NCBI GenBank assembly: GCA_030704615.1
Contig: CM060733.1
Span: 47,740,001 to 47,804,000 of the forward strand
Length of the DNA: 64,000 bases
Origin: Takakia lepidozioides
Taxonomy: Eukaryota > Plantae > Bryophyta
Reading direction: 5' to 3'
Position numbers and translations under genes: made by a program
Notes under the pieces: model-generated
Database searches by the model: none
What the model saw: the letters and a program-made list of their open reading frames with translations, nothing else
What the model was told of the DNA's origin: nothing
Part shown: positions 63,858 to 64,000 of the stretch, in pieces
Layout of the letters: each line of letters starts with the position of its first letter
How positions within the stretch are numbered: position 1 is the first letter of the stretch

Positions 63858-64000
63858 GATTAATGGTCAATAAATTTATTGTAATTCATCTTTTTAGTCA
63901 ATTCTTCAAAAACATTTGTTGTAAGTATACAACCTATTTGACGGATAATGGAATGATATTTATTGTTTATTGTTTATTTTTTCTATGTCATTTGATAAAC

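Overview
Eukaryotic nuclear DNA from a land plant, most likely a non-seed plant such as a bryophyte. That assignment is inferred from a DYW-type PPR remnant, a divergent non-canonical PIN, a Tcn1-like gag and a non-chromovirus Ty3/gypsy element. Three host loci are present: the decayed 3' end of a PPR-E/DYW RNA-editing gene (1-554), the 5' half of a divergent PIN auxin carrier (44984-46886) and an apparently intact 4-exon A1 aspartic protease (60876-63857). Most of the rest is a transposon nest. It includes a full-length 12.1-kb Ty3/gypsy element (both LTRs, 5-bp TSD, extra ORFs on both sides of gag-pol, an internal 855-bp inversion) and a second copy of that element's 3' end. It also includes CACTA/En-Spm elements, two copies of a TnpA-like gene, LINE fragments, a SWIM-type Mutator-like element, hAT MITE ends and a long foldback. 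The main discovery is that two divergent CACTA elements each carry a SET-domain (lysine methyltransferase fold) gene immediately upstream of, and co-oriented with, their transposase exons, and a third SET fragment is also present. This looks like a DNA-transposon lineage with its own chromatin-modifier cargo. All domain calls are from motif recognition by eye; no database searches were run.
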